Assembly: GCF_001194135.2 (NCBI RefSeq)
Contig: NC_068997.1
Span: 6,949,412-7,013,411 of the forward strand
DNA length: 64,000 nucleotides
Direction of reading: 5' to 3'
Source of the DNA: Octopus bimaculoides
Lineage: Eukaryota
Made by a program: the position numbers and the translations under genes. Under the pieces are notes generated by a model, which was not told the origin of the DNA, ran no database searches, and worked only from the letters and a program-made list of their open reading frames with translations. Shown piece after piece: positions 10,120-23,000 of this stretch. Numbering within the stretch: position 1 is the first letter of the stretch; every line of letters begins with the position of its first letter.

Positions 10120-10198
10120 TATTAAGAGGATTGTCATCAAGAATATGCATTGTTCTACAAAAATTAATCCTATTAGAAATCGTTCCCACATTGCCTAA
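10120..10198 (+). CDS. MANBA: candidate alternative terminal MANBA exon
   Basis: Strong acceptor TTATTTTCCATTCTTGCAG at 10101-10119. Splicing from AG|GTAACT (9574/9575) gives the in-frame (S)IKRIVIKNMHCSTKINPIRNRSHIA*. No homology support. Confidence 0.35.
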
Positions 10199-13100
10199 AC
10201 GAATTGCAGTGTTCCCCCACACTCACACCTTTCTCTTTTTTGAATAGTTTAGTGCAAGGCAGAACCATAGCCATAAATGGCCCTTTTTTTAGGACATTCT
10301 GAGATAGACAGCAGGAAGTTGTCAATACACTGGAAACCTGGCTTAGAATGATGTTTGCAGCAGAATGGGCTCCCTAGAGCTATCCAAAGGTCAATTGGGG
10401 GGATTAAAGTTGGCAAGAGATCAAGTGTACCATCCAATTTTATTCTCATTCACTTCACTAGATTCTGTGTTCAAATCCCACTGAAGCTGACTTCTGTACT
10501 ACATAGAATATCCAAGGTGGCAATGTCATAGATTATATTCTTTATCTTAACAACAAACTAACTTTTTACTTCTTGATAAATGTCATTAGTTCTATGTGTT
10601 ATTTGCAAACTATTCACTCTGCAAGCTTCAGTTTGTTTGTCGAGTTGCTGCTGGTTAACTTAATAGGAAAGTGACATATATCTCGATTTTATTCAAACGA
10701 TTTTGCGAATAATGGGCCAATCTCTGATTCACTTAATCTACATTCCCAGAATAACCAAGGTGTGTATATGCAACTTGAGTGGATAAATAGCATTAGTTTA
10801 ATGGCAACATTTTGCTGTATGTATATATTGCTCCACTTTACACTTTTCTCTCACTCTCTCTAGAAGATACATACGTATGTATGTACACACAGTGGCTTCT
10901 ACTCAGTTTCAGCCTAATAAATTTCGTAGAAGCACAGTGGGATTAAACCTGGAACCAAGTTGTTATGAAACAAATTAGTTAAGCACACAGCCATGCCTGT
11001 GGTTTTTACAAAAAAAAAAATCAATAATCCAAATTGTCTTCCCCATGTGTATATCACCCCAAGACACTTGTCAGCTCGGTCCACAGGTTATAGTGGCAGC
11101 TGACCACATGGAAACAGTGAAAAGACTGTATTTAATGCAATAAATTAGTCGACAATATACTTACACTACTCATTATTGTATCAAAGCATGAATGTGTGGA
11201 GAGGATAATGAAGAAAAATATGTAAAACATCTGCAGTTTATCAGATGCAGGCACAGAAATCTTAGAATATAGTCTCTGTATTGTAAAGGCAAGCGAAATT
11301 GAAAGCTATTAAGTTATCTGAGAAAATCATTGACATAATATCCATGGTATGAGTAAAGTGATGTAGTCACAACTTAAAATTTAAACTCTGGCTATGTTGT
11401 CTTTCCACTGCTCTGCCTCTTGCAAGTCATATCCAGTTGGAATATTCATATTTATAAGAGTATTCATGACCAAAACTATAAACTGCTACTCTTCAGAGTA
11501 GACATGTATATTAGTGACTGCTGTGTGGCCTGGTGGTAGTTGTGCAGTTGTCGGTCTCATAAACTATTGCACCATTGCAGTGTTACTGGAAATATTGTCT
11601 TAGTGAATCAGACTTCCATATTATTATTACATGAAGGGAGTGGATCAGCAGAGACCAAAATTTCTAATCCTATTGCTGCTACTGTATTGTGTTCATAGTC
11701 AAGAAACTTTTTTTCTCAAACAGTCTGGCTGTAAACAAGTGCCACATTCTTGTAAAGACTGATTCTACTTTAAAAATGGTTAATGTTTTGCTGACATGTC
11801 TTATTGAATTTGCTTTCTCTTGTGGCTATGGCTTTTGTTTTGCAAGTTTGTAGAAATCCTACCAAAACAGACAATGGAACCTGGTACAGCTCACAGCCTT
11901 GCCAACTCCAGTTAAACCATCCAACCCATGCCAGCATGGAAAACGGATGTTAAATGATGATGATGATGATGATAATGCATCAGCACAGATATGGCATTTG
12001 TGGTAATGAAGTTCGCTTTGTAATCATCCAAGTTTCAGATTCCATCCCACTGTATGGCACTTTGGGAAAATGTCTTCTACAATAACTTTAGACTCACCAA
12101 TGCTTTGTCAGTGAAATTGGAAGGCAGAAACTGTATGGAAGCCTGTGTGTGTGTGAACGTGTGAATGCTTACATTAACATCTGCATTGAGACCATGTGGA
12201 CAACAGTTGTGTTTGCATCTCCTGTAAACAATATATTCTGTAGCCTGGCAGTTTTTACATGTGAGGAACTGTGGAATAAAAATCATACGTTATTTAAAAG
12301 GCAGGTAAAGTCTGGTAACAGAAACAGCTTCCAGCCATTCACTACATCCTTGGTAAGTGTCATCTAATCAGTGCCAGCACGTAAAAAGTATGCTGCTGGA
12401 TGAGTTCTGCTAAACTATCTGACCTTGGCAACTGGACAGAGTGGCTTAAATGATTCCAGAGAAATATTTACAGCAAAAGTCAACTTGGTGAAACCTAATC
12501 CTTCTTCGAGGTTTTTCTGTGGTAAGGAACGGTTATAGAAGCACTAGAGCCTGAAGTAACTAGTGCGTATCTGTTTCAAAGGCAATCAACTGTGTTATAA
12601 AGCAGTAAAAGCACCTGAGTATGGAGAATTAATATTTGGTGTTTCAAACTTTGATATTTTTTTTTTGTCTTGAAACATTATTTCTTGTTATTTTATTGCT
12701 CCAAAATGAATTTTCTCTCTTGCACCATAAACAAAACATGTAACAATTACATAGTGCTCCCACTATTTACAGCAGGAACATTGATCAATACAATAACATG
12801 ATTTAAATGTTCAATGTGACTTTATGTTGTATTACCCATCTACTTCAGCATGCAGTTTTTGGTTAAATCCTTATAATAAATATGACAAAAAAAAAAAAGC
12901 TGAACAAAACAAAGATCCTTGGAAGTTTAGACTGCAAGATTTATTTTAAACATCAAATGATAATAATAAAGAAAAAAAAAATTGTTAAAAAAATGTAATT
13001 AAAAAAAATAAAATACAATTTTTTGTCCATATATATATATATATACTTTTTTTTAAATAATTTCTTTTGAATTATGATTTGTACATTGTGTGTAAATAAT

Positions 13101-13380
13101 TTAAAGCTGAGCTACAGTGTTTATAATGGTGAGTGTGTATAATGAGGAATAATGGAGATTGGAAGAAAAAACATGGAGGAGGAAAAATACAAAGTAATTA
13201 TATTCTTGAAAAAGCTTAACACAAATGGTTATTAAAGTTTACTTCCTCTTTTCTTTTCAAATGAGTGACTAGCGTTACTTTGAAAATAAATTAAACTCGT
13301 ACACACACACTCACACACAAAGTCTGCTATGTATATATAAAACCTATATATTTTACATTAAGATTATATATACATATATA

Positions 13381-13716
13381 TAGTTATGATATATTCTGTT
13401 AAGAAGGTAGTACAGTATCAAGCTCCTCCACCTTCAGATTTACCTTTTGCTATCCAGTTGTAGGCTGAATTTAGTAGTAGCCACGGAGTTTATCAAGGTG
13501 TGCTGTTGCAGAAAGACTATTGGCAATAGTCCTTCAGCAGACAGGATGTTCTTGAAGCCAAGATTTTGAACTTAGGGGGACAATATTTACATATCACCTG
13601 AGGAAACACAACTAGATCTCATAATGCAGGGAAACAGTTGTATAATCGAGTACGTACATGCCTGGAGAACTACATTGCATATAAACAATTGTAGTGATTG
13701 AAAAATAGATGTCCAA
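13381..13716. repeat. unclassified interspersed repeat, copy 1 (diverged from 17261-17846)
   Basis: Shared blocks TAGTTATG.TAT.TTCTGTTA...GTACAGTATC...TCCACC.TCAGA.TTACC and ACCTGAGGAAACACA.CTAGAT.TCAT.ATGCA...TGGAGAAC.ACATTG...TTGTAGTGATT.AAAAATA...GTCCAA. Confidence 0.75.
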
Positions 13717-13860
13717 GCATATTCCTTCTTGTTGACTCCAAATCTTTTTCAGTTATATATATATATATGTGTGTGTGTGTATATATATATGTGTGTATAT
13801 ATATGTGTGTATATACATAAATATATATGTATATATATGCATGTATATATATATATATAT

Positions 13861-13956
13861 CATCGTTGTTTAACGTCCGCTTTCCATGCTAGCATGGGTT
13901 GGACGATTTGGCTGAGGACTGGTGGACCAGGAGGCAACACCAGGCTCCATTCTGAT

Positions 13957-13958
<2 letters not shown>
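13861..13958 (-). mobile_element. RTE LINE extreme 3' end embedded in a (TA)/(TG) microsatellite
   Basis: TTTAACGTCCGCTTTCCATGCTAGCATGGGTTGGACGATTTG...CACCAGGCTCCA, flanked on both sides by TA/TG arrays. Confidence 0.85.
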
Positions 13959-13987
<29 letters not shown>

Positions 13988-16107
13988 ATATATATATGTG
14001 TACGTATATGTATATATATATGTGTGTATGTATATGTATATATATATATATATATAAACCACATTATGTCTGTCTAATACAATTTGAATGTATCTTGAAT
14101 TAATAATACATTTATTGATTAAGCTAAAATTGTTCAAAGAATACAATTGTCAATGTAAATATGAATATTAAATAGTTTCATGTATAAACCGATAGAACTA
14201 AAGAGCAAGCAACACTTGTGAATTTCTGGTTGCTTACATTCCATCTAATGTCAGCATATAAAATATATATAAATATATTATATATACATGCACACAATAT
14301 ATATATATATATACATATAATATATATGTGTGCTTGTGATATTATTTCTTAAAGAAGCATAGCATCATGAAGCGTTAAACAAGAGCAAAGTGTCTTGTAT
14401 AGGGAGAGCAATATGTCGAGAGAGTCAAGCTCACACTGGAATCTAAACGCCTAGCATTTTGTGCGCCAGGCAAATGCATCCTTTATACACACACACACTT
14501 TTTACAGAGAAAAGTAAATTATTTTCAATTTCTTTAGATGAAAAAAAAAACCCCTCAAAAGAAAGCAAGTTCTACACACTACAACAGGAAATTATATATA
14601 TATATATAACATGTAGTTATATATTTGGGGTATTTGTTTAGCCCTTTCAAATTGTTTTTCCTTTTTTATTCTAGACCCATTATTTCAATGAAGCATATAC
14701 AATTGCGCTGTAGTTTTTTAATTGATGCAATATCAACATCTTAGACCAAACAGGAGACAGAAATAACTTACAATGGAGATTTTGAATGGTCAATGTCAGA
14801 ATGCTGATGATTGCTCATTATTTAATGTAGAGACGGTTCTTTGTTCTCTTCTGTACAACTCAACCCAAATGGATCAAGGGGTATGTTGTAAAACCTGAAA
14901 CACTCAGAGATTCAAGGAAACAATATGGATGAGATGCCCAAAGGTGTGTATCAATAGATGCAGGAAAAACTGAAACAAATTTTTACTATACACACACCAA
15001 TAATAATAATAATTATCATTATTTTAATTACAACTATTTGGTGGTGTTATTACAACTGTTTCGTTATTCTGGACTTTTTTTTTTTTTGTGATATAATTTA
15101 AATAAAAGAACAAAACTTTTTAAAGGCAACCTATTCTCATTCATATTTACCATTATTATTATTATTACCAATTTCATTATGAAGAATTCAAAGTTGTCAT
15201 AGAAGCTCTGTTGATGAATTTAAAACGAAAGTAGTCTACAGCTCAGTGGGCAGAAGAATGACTGTGCAATGTGAGTGGAGATTCTTGCTAAAAGAAACTG
15301 GATCTTGTGCTATTGGTGGACACTCATCAGACAGGTAGCAAGAATCTCCACTGGACTGTTCCCAGGTCAATAGGGTTACACCAGACGGTACCCACAGACA
15401 TTTGACAGTCCTAATGGTAATTTTTCTTCTTACTCTGTGAAAAGAAGAAAAGAACTTATTAATTTGTGATATGCAAAAATAATAGCAACAAATCACTCAA
15501 CATGACATATTGACAGGAAATGGTGGATCTCACATTAATATGTCCTGTTGTAAAACCAACAAAGACAGAAAAAGCAATCACATTTGAGATATAAACATTA
15601 AAACAGCACAAAAAGAAAGAAAGAAAAGTTTAAAATCTTGAAGCATATTTGTAAGTGGCTAAAATCCAGTGCAAGATGATTGGTAAAAATTATGGTGTTG
15701 TAGATTACATTTGTAACGAAAATAGAGGCTTTGGGGTTGAGTGAAGCTTTGTGAGTGAAATTTGATAGAATGTGCAGAATGTGCAGAAGACCTGTAAAAC
15801 CTTGGAAGATATAAAATTCATTGATAACATTTAGAAGTTTCAAAAATTGTGATTCATTTACTGTCCCTAAGTAACAGGCAGATTATAAAATAATACCCAA
15901 TGCACAACTCATTTTACATGGTAATCCAGAGAAGGGAAGGAATCCTTATACTGACACTCACTCAGTTAAAACAATGAGCATCCCAGTTGATCCAATCAAT
16001 GGAAGTGAAGTCATCTGTTCATAAATAAATTATTTTAGTATAGACAAAACTCTTAAACTATCAACTGTTTATGTTTGTTTGTGTATGTGTTTGTATATTA
16101 TATATAT

Positions 16108-16864
16108 CATCATCATTATCGTTTAACGTCCACTTTCCATGCTGGCATGGGTTGGACAGTTTGACTGAGGACTGGCAAGCCAGAAGGCTGTACCAGGCTT
16201 AATCTGATCTGGCAAAGTTTCTACAGCTGGATTTCCTTCATAATGCCAACCACTCCGAGAGTGTAGTGGGTGCTTTAACATGCCACCGGCCCAAGGGCCA
16301 GTCAGGCGGTTCTGGCAACGACCATGCTCAAAAGGTGTTTTTATGTGCTACCTGCACAGGGGCCAGTCCGGCAGTACTAACAACGACCACACTTGAATGT
16401 TGTTTTTCATGTGCCACCGGCACATGCCGGCAAGGTGACGTTGGCAATGATCACACTCGAATGAGGCTTTTCACGTGTCACCGGCACGGGAGCCAATCCA
16501 TGGCCCTGGCAACGATCACACTCAGATGTGCTCTTAACATTCCACTGGCATGAGACCCAATCAGGCAGTACTGTCATCGGCCACGTCAGTGATTTTGATT
16601 TGTTTACACTTGCCTCAATAGGTCTTCGCAAGCAAAGTTCATTGTCCAATGAATGAGGGGTACTCATAAGTGGACTGGTTACACCCCATGTTTGGAAGTG
16701 CTCTCAACGTTCCACTGGCATGAGTGCCAATCAGGTGGTGCTGTCATTGGCCACATCAGCAATTTTGATTTTGATTTCACTTGCCTCAATAGGTCTTCAC
16801 AAGCAAGTTTTATAGTCCAATCAATGAGGGATATTCATAAATGGGTTGGTTACACCCACTGGCA
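16108..16864 (-). mobile_element. RTE LINE long 3' UTR with internal tandem units and a duplicated ~155-nt block
   Basis: Reverse complement of 17990-18636. Blocks 16535-16688 and 16703-16858 are near-duplicates. Confidence 0.85.
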
Positions 16865-16888
16865 TATATATATATATATATATATATA

Positions 16889-17169
16889 GGGGCACAGGCA
16901 TGACTGTGTGTTAAGAAGTTTGCTTCCAAACCACATGATTCCAAGTTCAGTCCACTATGTGGCAACTTGGGTGTTCTCTACTCTAGCCCAGGGTAGACCA
17001 AACCCTTGGGGTTTGATAGATGGAAACTAAGACCAGCTTGTCAATTATGTGAGTGTGTGTGTCTTTGTCCCCCATCTTAATGCTTGATAACCAGTATTGC
17101 TCTGTGTACATTCCCATAACTTAGTGGTTCAGCAAAAGAAACCAATAGAATAAGCATTGAACTTAAAGT

Positions 17170-17173
<4 letters not shown>
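16889..17173 (+). mobile_element. SINE family A, diverged copy
   Basis: Collinear with 8640-9035: head GGCACAGGCATGACTGTGTGTTAAG, body and tail. Confidence 0.8.
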
Positions 17174-17219
<46 letters not shown>

Positions 17220-17260
17220 TATATATATATATGTATGTATGTATATGCACACACAACATA

Positions 17261-17846
17261 TAGTTATGGTATCTTCTGTTAGGAACGTGGCAGAGTACAG
17301 TATCTATCTTGTCCACCCTCAGAATTACCCAATACTATCCGGTAGTATTATTATATACTTCTAGGTTTATGTTTGGGTATTTGTAATGTGTGAATATAAA
17401 TTTGAAGAAATTGGAGCCAACAAGAAAGGGTATGGTTGGACAGTTATTTTTTAATCACTACAATAGTTTCCACCCAAAGCGGTTCTCCAGAAATACAGGT
17501 GTTTGATTATACAACTGCTTGTTTACATAATGAGATCCAGTTCAGCTTTCTCCGTTAGTTTAAAACAGGTCAGTGATCAGCAGGTACCAAAACAGCCATC
17601 CACTACCACTTATAGCAGTCCAACAAACAATATCTACCAACTGCTACTAAATTCAAACCAAGATGGATGGATGGAATGGCCCTGAAGTTGAAGATTTTAA
17701 ACTAACGGAAACATTTAAATAATACCTGAGGAAACACAGCTAGATTTCATTATGCAAACAAACAGCTGCATAATCAAATACCTGTATTTCTGGAGAACCA
17801 CATTGGGTGAAAACCATTGTAGTGATTAAAAAATAACAGTCCAACC
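17261..17846. repeat. unclassified interspersed repeat, copy 2, with an internal ~130-150-bp inverted repeat
   Basis: Homologous to 13381-13716. Arm 17434-17565 is the reverse complement of 17695-17846. Confidence 0.8.
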
Positions 17847-18636
17847 GTGCCCAGGAAGACCTGGGGTGAGGTGGTGAAGCACAACCTCTGAACATTAGGC
17901 CTCACCGAGGCAATGACTTCTGACTGAGACCTTTGGAAATATGCTGTGCGTGAGAAGACCCGGCAAGCCAAGTGAGACCAAAATCCAAGGCCTCTGCCAG
18001 GGATGTAGCCAGCCCACTTATGCGTCATATTCCTTCTTTGTACACTAAACTCCGCTTGCGAAGACCTGTTGAAGCAAGTGAAATTGAAATCGAACTAAAT
18101 TTGTAGACTGGCACCCATGCCAACGTCTTCATTGAACAATAAACTTGGCTTGCGAAGATCTGTTGGGGCAAACGAAAGCGAAATCGTGATGGCACCTGTA
18201 CCAGTGGAGCACTAAGAGTACCGTCCGAGTGTGATCATTGCCAGAGCACCAGCTGTCTGGCTTTCGTGCCGGTGGCATGTAAATAGCACCATTTCAGCGT
18301 GACCATTACCAACGTTGTCTTCCTGGCACGTGAAAAGACATTCAAGCGAGTTCATTGCCAGTACCGCTGGACTGGGTCCTGTGCAGGTGGCATGTAAAAT
18401 ACACCATTTCGAGCATGGCCGTTGCCAGTACTGCTTGACTAGCCTTCGTGCCGGTGGCACGTAAAAGCACCCACTACACTCTCGGAGTGGTTGGCATTAG
18501 GAAGGGCATCCAGCTGTAGAAACTCTGCCAAATCAGATTGGAGCCTGGTGTTGCCATCCGGTTCACCAGTCCTCAGTCAAATTGTCCAACCCATGCTAGT
18601 ATGGAAAGCAGACGTTAAACGATGATGATGATGATG
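17847..18636 (+). mobile_element. 5'-truncated RTE-clade LINE: ORF2 C-terminal remnant, ~650-nt 3' UTR and (GAT)n tail
   Basis: 17850-17975 translates PRKTWGEVVKHNL*TLGLTEAMTSD*DLWKYAVREKTRQAK*, the RTE ORF2 C-terminal GRP.KTW...V..D motif. Both internal stops are TGA, consistent with CGA deamination. The UTR ends AGGAAGGGCATCCAGCTGTAG...GTTAAACGATGATG. Confidence 0.88.
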
Positions 18637-19208
18637 NNNNNNNNNNNNNNNNNNNNNNNNNNNNNNNNNNNNNNNNNNNNNNNNNNNNNNNNNNNNNNNN
18701 NNNNNNNNNNNNNNNNNNNNNNNNNNNNNNNNNNNNNNNNNNNNNNNNNNNNNNNNNNNNNNNNNNNNNNNNNNNNNNNNNNNNNNNNNNNNNNNNNNNN
18801 NNNNNNNNNNNNNNNNNNNNNNNNNNNNNNNNNNNNNNNNNNNNNNNNNNNNNNNNNNNNNNNNNNNNNNNNNNNNNNNNNNNNNNNNNNNNNNNNNNNN
18901 NNNNNNNNNNNNNNNNNNNNNNNNNNNNNNNNNNNNNNNNNNNNNNNNNNNNNNNNNNNNNNNNNNNNNNNNNNNNNNNNNNNNNNNNNNNNNNNNNNNN
19001 NNNNNNNNNNNNNNNNNNNNNNNNNNNNNNNNNNNNNNNNNNNNNNNNNNNNNNNNNNNNNNNNNNNNNNNNNNNNNNNNNNNNNNNNNNNNNNNNNNNN
19101 NNNNNNNNNNNNNNNNNNNNNNNNNNNNNNNNNNNNNNNNNNNNNNNNNNNNNNNNNNNNNNNNNNNNNNNNNNNNNNNNNNNNNNNNNNNNNNNNNNNN
19201 NNNNNNNN
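18637..19208. other. assembly gap (N run)
   Basis: Run of N. Other gaps are at 23840-24157, 44497-44646, 45329-45835, 52444-52660 and 59046-59256; most abut microsatellites or low-complexity tracts. Confidence 1.
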
Positions 19209-19380
19209 GCCCTTCTTAATGTCAACCACTCCGAGAGTGTAGTGCGTGCTTTTTAGGTGCCACCGGCACAAGGGCCAGTATGTGACAGGTACTTATTTTA
19301 TCAGTCAGGGAAGGATAAAAAGTACAATTTACTTTGGTTGTATTTGAATTTAGAAAGTAAAATGCTGTAACTAAACATTG

Positions 19381-19590
19381 CTTTCAAATTTTGACACAAG
19401 CCCAGCAATTTTTTTTTTTTTTTGTGGGGAGGGATAAAGTCGATTACATCATTTCCAATATTCAACTGGTACTTATTTTATCAACCCCAAAAGGATGAAA
19501 GGCAAAGTCAACCACAGCAAAGCTTAGAACGTGAAGGTAGACAAAACGCCACTGAGCATTTTTCCCAGCATTACCGTTATTGTAACTCTT
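19381..19590 (-). mobile_element. SINE family B, diverged copy
   Basis: CTGGTACTTATTTTATCAACCCCAAAAGGATGAAAGGCAAAGTCAACC core, collinear with 37940-38154. Confidence 0.8.
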
Positions 19591-20047
19591 GGCTCTATTT
19601 ATTCTACAGATCCACTGATCTGATAAAAACAATATTGAATAACATCAATAGTATTTAGGCTTTTGCATGCATAAATATAATTTAGAATTTTTTAATATTT
19701 TACTCATGTCTAAACTCAGTGATTAGTGTTCCAGTTTACTTTGGAAATATGTTGGTTTGCTGCCAGCTGTGAAACCTCTAAATATTTAATTTTCTCTTAA
19801 ATAGATTTTAGAATGGTTAAAATATGTTCCTACTAGTTCGGTTAAACTTCAGACTCTTCTATTATAAATGTCCTATAAATTCCACACAGCCTTAGTTTTG
19901 TTGTCTCAATTTATTTAACACACATACATATATATATATATATACATACAAACTAGGCTTACAAAGAAGAAGTTCTGGGATTGATTTGTTTGACTAAAGG
20001 CAGTGCTCCAACATGGCCGCAGTCAAATGACTGAAACAAATAAAAGA

Positions 20048-20087
<40 letters not shown>

Positions 20088-23000
20088 TAGATAGATAGAT
20101 AGATGTATACAAATCCTTAGGCTGGATTTGAATAAGAAGATGGCAATATAATTAACAATAATGAAAGTCTACCTGCATTTAAAATAAAGTTTTGCCAAGA
20201 ATAGGAAACCCATAAACAATCAGAGACTCAACTGTACAAAAGATTGTCTAAAACATGAAAGATAGGTTTAATAACCCAGAAAAATGCTATTATTGAGAAT
20301 TGTTATGGTAACACCAGCAATATTTAAGAAATGGGCAATGAATGATTTAATGAGATAAAAATGCTTATGTTTTAGTAATTATTCATCTGTTTATTAAACT
20401 AGGAACATGGTAAATAGAAGAACTAATTTCTTTAATCTTCGGCTGTCTGAGAAGTTGGTCGTTTTCCAAATTTTCTTTTAACCCATTTAAACTGTTAATA
20501 ATACATTTATTAAAAGTACAGAAACATACATTAAACTTTGTATAAAAACTGAAGTAGCTGACCAAGACAATCAGCTTATTAGAAAAAAGATGAGTAGCTT
20601 ATTTCTTAACTCTGGTGCTACTAATGCAGTGACCTGTTCAATTAATTCTCAATGTTTATGTCTACCTAGTGATTGAATATTTTAAGAAGTGCAGCTTTCT
20701 ACCAAAAGAAATTGTACAAAGACTATGTTTTCATTAGAGCATTCAATTCAACTCCTCTCATAGCCACACTAGAAGAGAAATGGGTTTTACCAAGTAAATT
20801 CTTTTCCAGGTTTGCAGGAAACCATTTTGCCATGATTACATGAGAATTAATTCATTGAGATAGATTTCCTACAGCTGGATGCCCTTGCTGTTGCCAACGC
20901 TCAACTGTTTCCCCGCAAGTCCTGTGAACATTAACAGTACAATGGCCAGACATGTTTGCACAGAAGATGGCAAACAATTACATTGCTTGCATGATGCTGG
21001 CATTTGGTGACAACTATCACATAATTTTAGAACAAAAAGAAACACCCACACACACGTAGGTTGGGTTTCTCCCAAATCTGCAGGACCAAAATGCTGCACA
21101 GTGGAACTAAACTCAAAACCATTGGGCTGGGAGGAAAATGTCTTCACCACACAACCATGCTTTTGCCTATTGTGTTTCCTTCTTGCAAACTTTATGAATC
21201 TGTGCCAATGTATCATTTGACAATTAGGTGAACGTCTTTCCTACAACTAATTAGCAGTATTGATATCCTTATAATTACTAATTATACCACCACTGTTACA
21301 CACACACACACAAAAAAGGTTGTTTTTTTTCTTTTTAGTTTTTGTGGTGGAAATGTTGGTGCAGATTGTATTACTTCAAGTGTGATGTGTTGGTGTTCAT
21401 GGTATTACTGCAACCATGCATATTAGTGATGCACAAACTTTCTCAGAATGGCATCCGTAAAATGCCTCGACAAAACTTCATGAAATGCAAAATATGAATA
21501 ACTCTTATGTCACACTGTGAGACATTAAACTTGTCAGTCCACCAAAATCTTGGTGTGGAAACTAGGAGACCATCTCAATCCTACTGAACATCACTAATGT
21601 AGAATATATTATAGTGCTGGGATGTTGTTCTAGACTATTCTGATTACAGATACTTAATATAGTGCAATGTATTCTTCAAATATAGAATTATGGTGTAGAA
21701 TGAATTACTACAGCAATAGAGCGTTGGTCAAGATTGTATTATCATAGTGAAGGAAAAGTTAATCGAGGCTGAATTATCGTAGCAATAGAAAAGTTAATTG
21801 AGACTATTATTGTAGCAAAGGAAAAGTTGAGACTGTATTATTGTAGCAAGAGCAGAGTGAATCTACATTGTATTACTGCTGTGTTGGTAACTTACACGTA
21901 AAAGGCTTTTCACTGTTGATTTGACTTTTTTCTGGAATCAAAAAAATTAATAATACTCAATAATCCTCTACAATAAGAGATTAAAAAGAGAAGTTTGTGT
22001 GGTCATCCTTGATTTGTGAGGAAGGCTAAAGCCATGTTTCAATCAATGCAAAATATAGATTTGAATCATTCCACATTGGAAGTAAAATAAAGGTAAAAAA
22101 ATGTTTTTAGTGGATGCAAATGGTTTTGCTATAAATATCTATTTTACTTTTGTTAGTAATATTAAGGTTGTTTTTTTGTTTTTTTTCTATCATTTATTTG
22201 GTAATGAAACAAATATAAATTTTTAATACTAACCAACCTAAAACCAGTTCTATTTCTATGATAAAAAACTGTCTATTTTAAAGAAGTCATATTTAGATTT
22301 AAACTTTACATCAATTTTATTTATTGGACATAGATTTGATTGAGTCATATAGAAATCTGCAGAGTATGTGTTCCATGTCTCTGTGCTTGGAGTTCAAATC
22401 CAGCCTCAGACAACTTTGTCTTTCATCCTTTCAGAGTTGTTAATTAAAGAACCAATTCTGAGTGCTGGGTTAGCAAGAGGATGCCTTGCAACAGTTGTTT
22501 TTGATCTATGCATTCTGAGTTCAAATCCTATCTTCTGTCAACAGAAAAAGGAATCCTTTGGGACCCAGTTAAAATGGTTCTCAGGCTTGGGTATTACAGC
22601 AAGTGTCCAAGCATAGAAGCTGGTCACTCTCAATGACAGCATGCCAGCTTCAGGAAAGAATTCAAAGAGATTTCAAGAACCATACATGAAAAAAACAACA
22701 AATGATTTGTGTTCCAAACATCAGCTTCAAAATGAAGGAATTATTTCCAAATTCTTAATAAGTTTCCAAATTAATTGAAGCACATATGCAGGGTATGTCA
22801 TTAGAAAAATGGTCACAAACATTTCATTCCATTTAATTATTCTCCTAATCTGGTTTTCAAACTGGAATACATGTTATGGCCTATCCTTATTTAAACCCAA
22901 TTAAAATTTTCTGGCAGTTTTACAGGTTCAGTTCTTCTAATTACTCACCTGTACCCTCCTCCTCCTCCTCTTCCCAAGTAATTACCTTAATTTTTGGTAA

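Noticed and set aside
14772-14894. Minus-strand segment bounded by TTTCAG acceptor and GTAAGT donor
   Set aside because: Stops in all three frames and no linked exons; it could be a non-coding exon but nothing in the sequence supports that.
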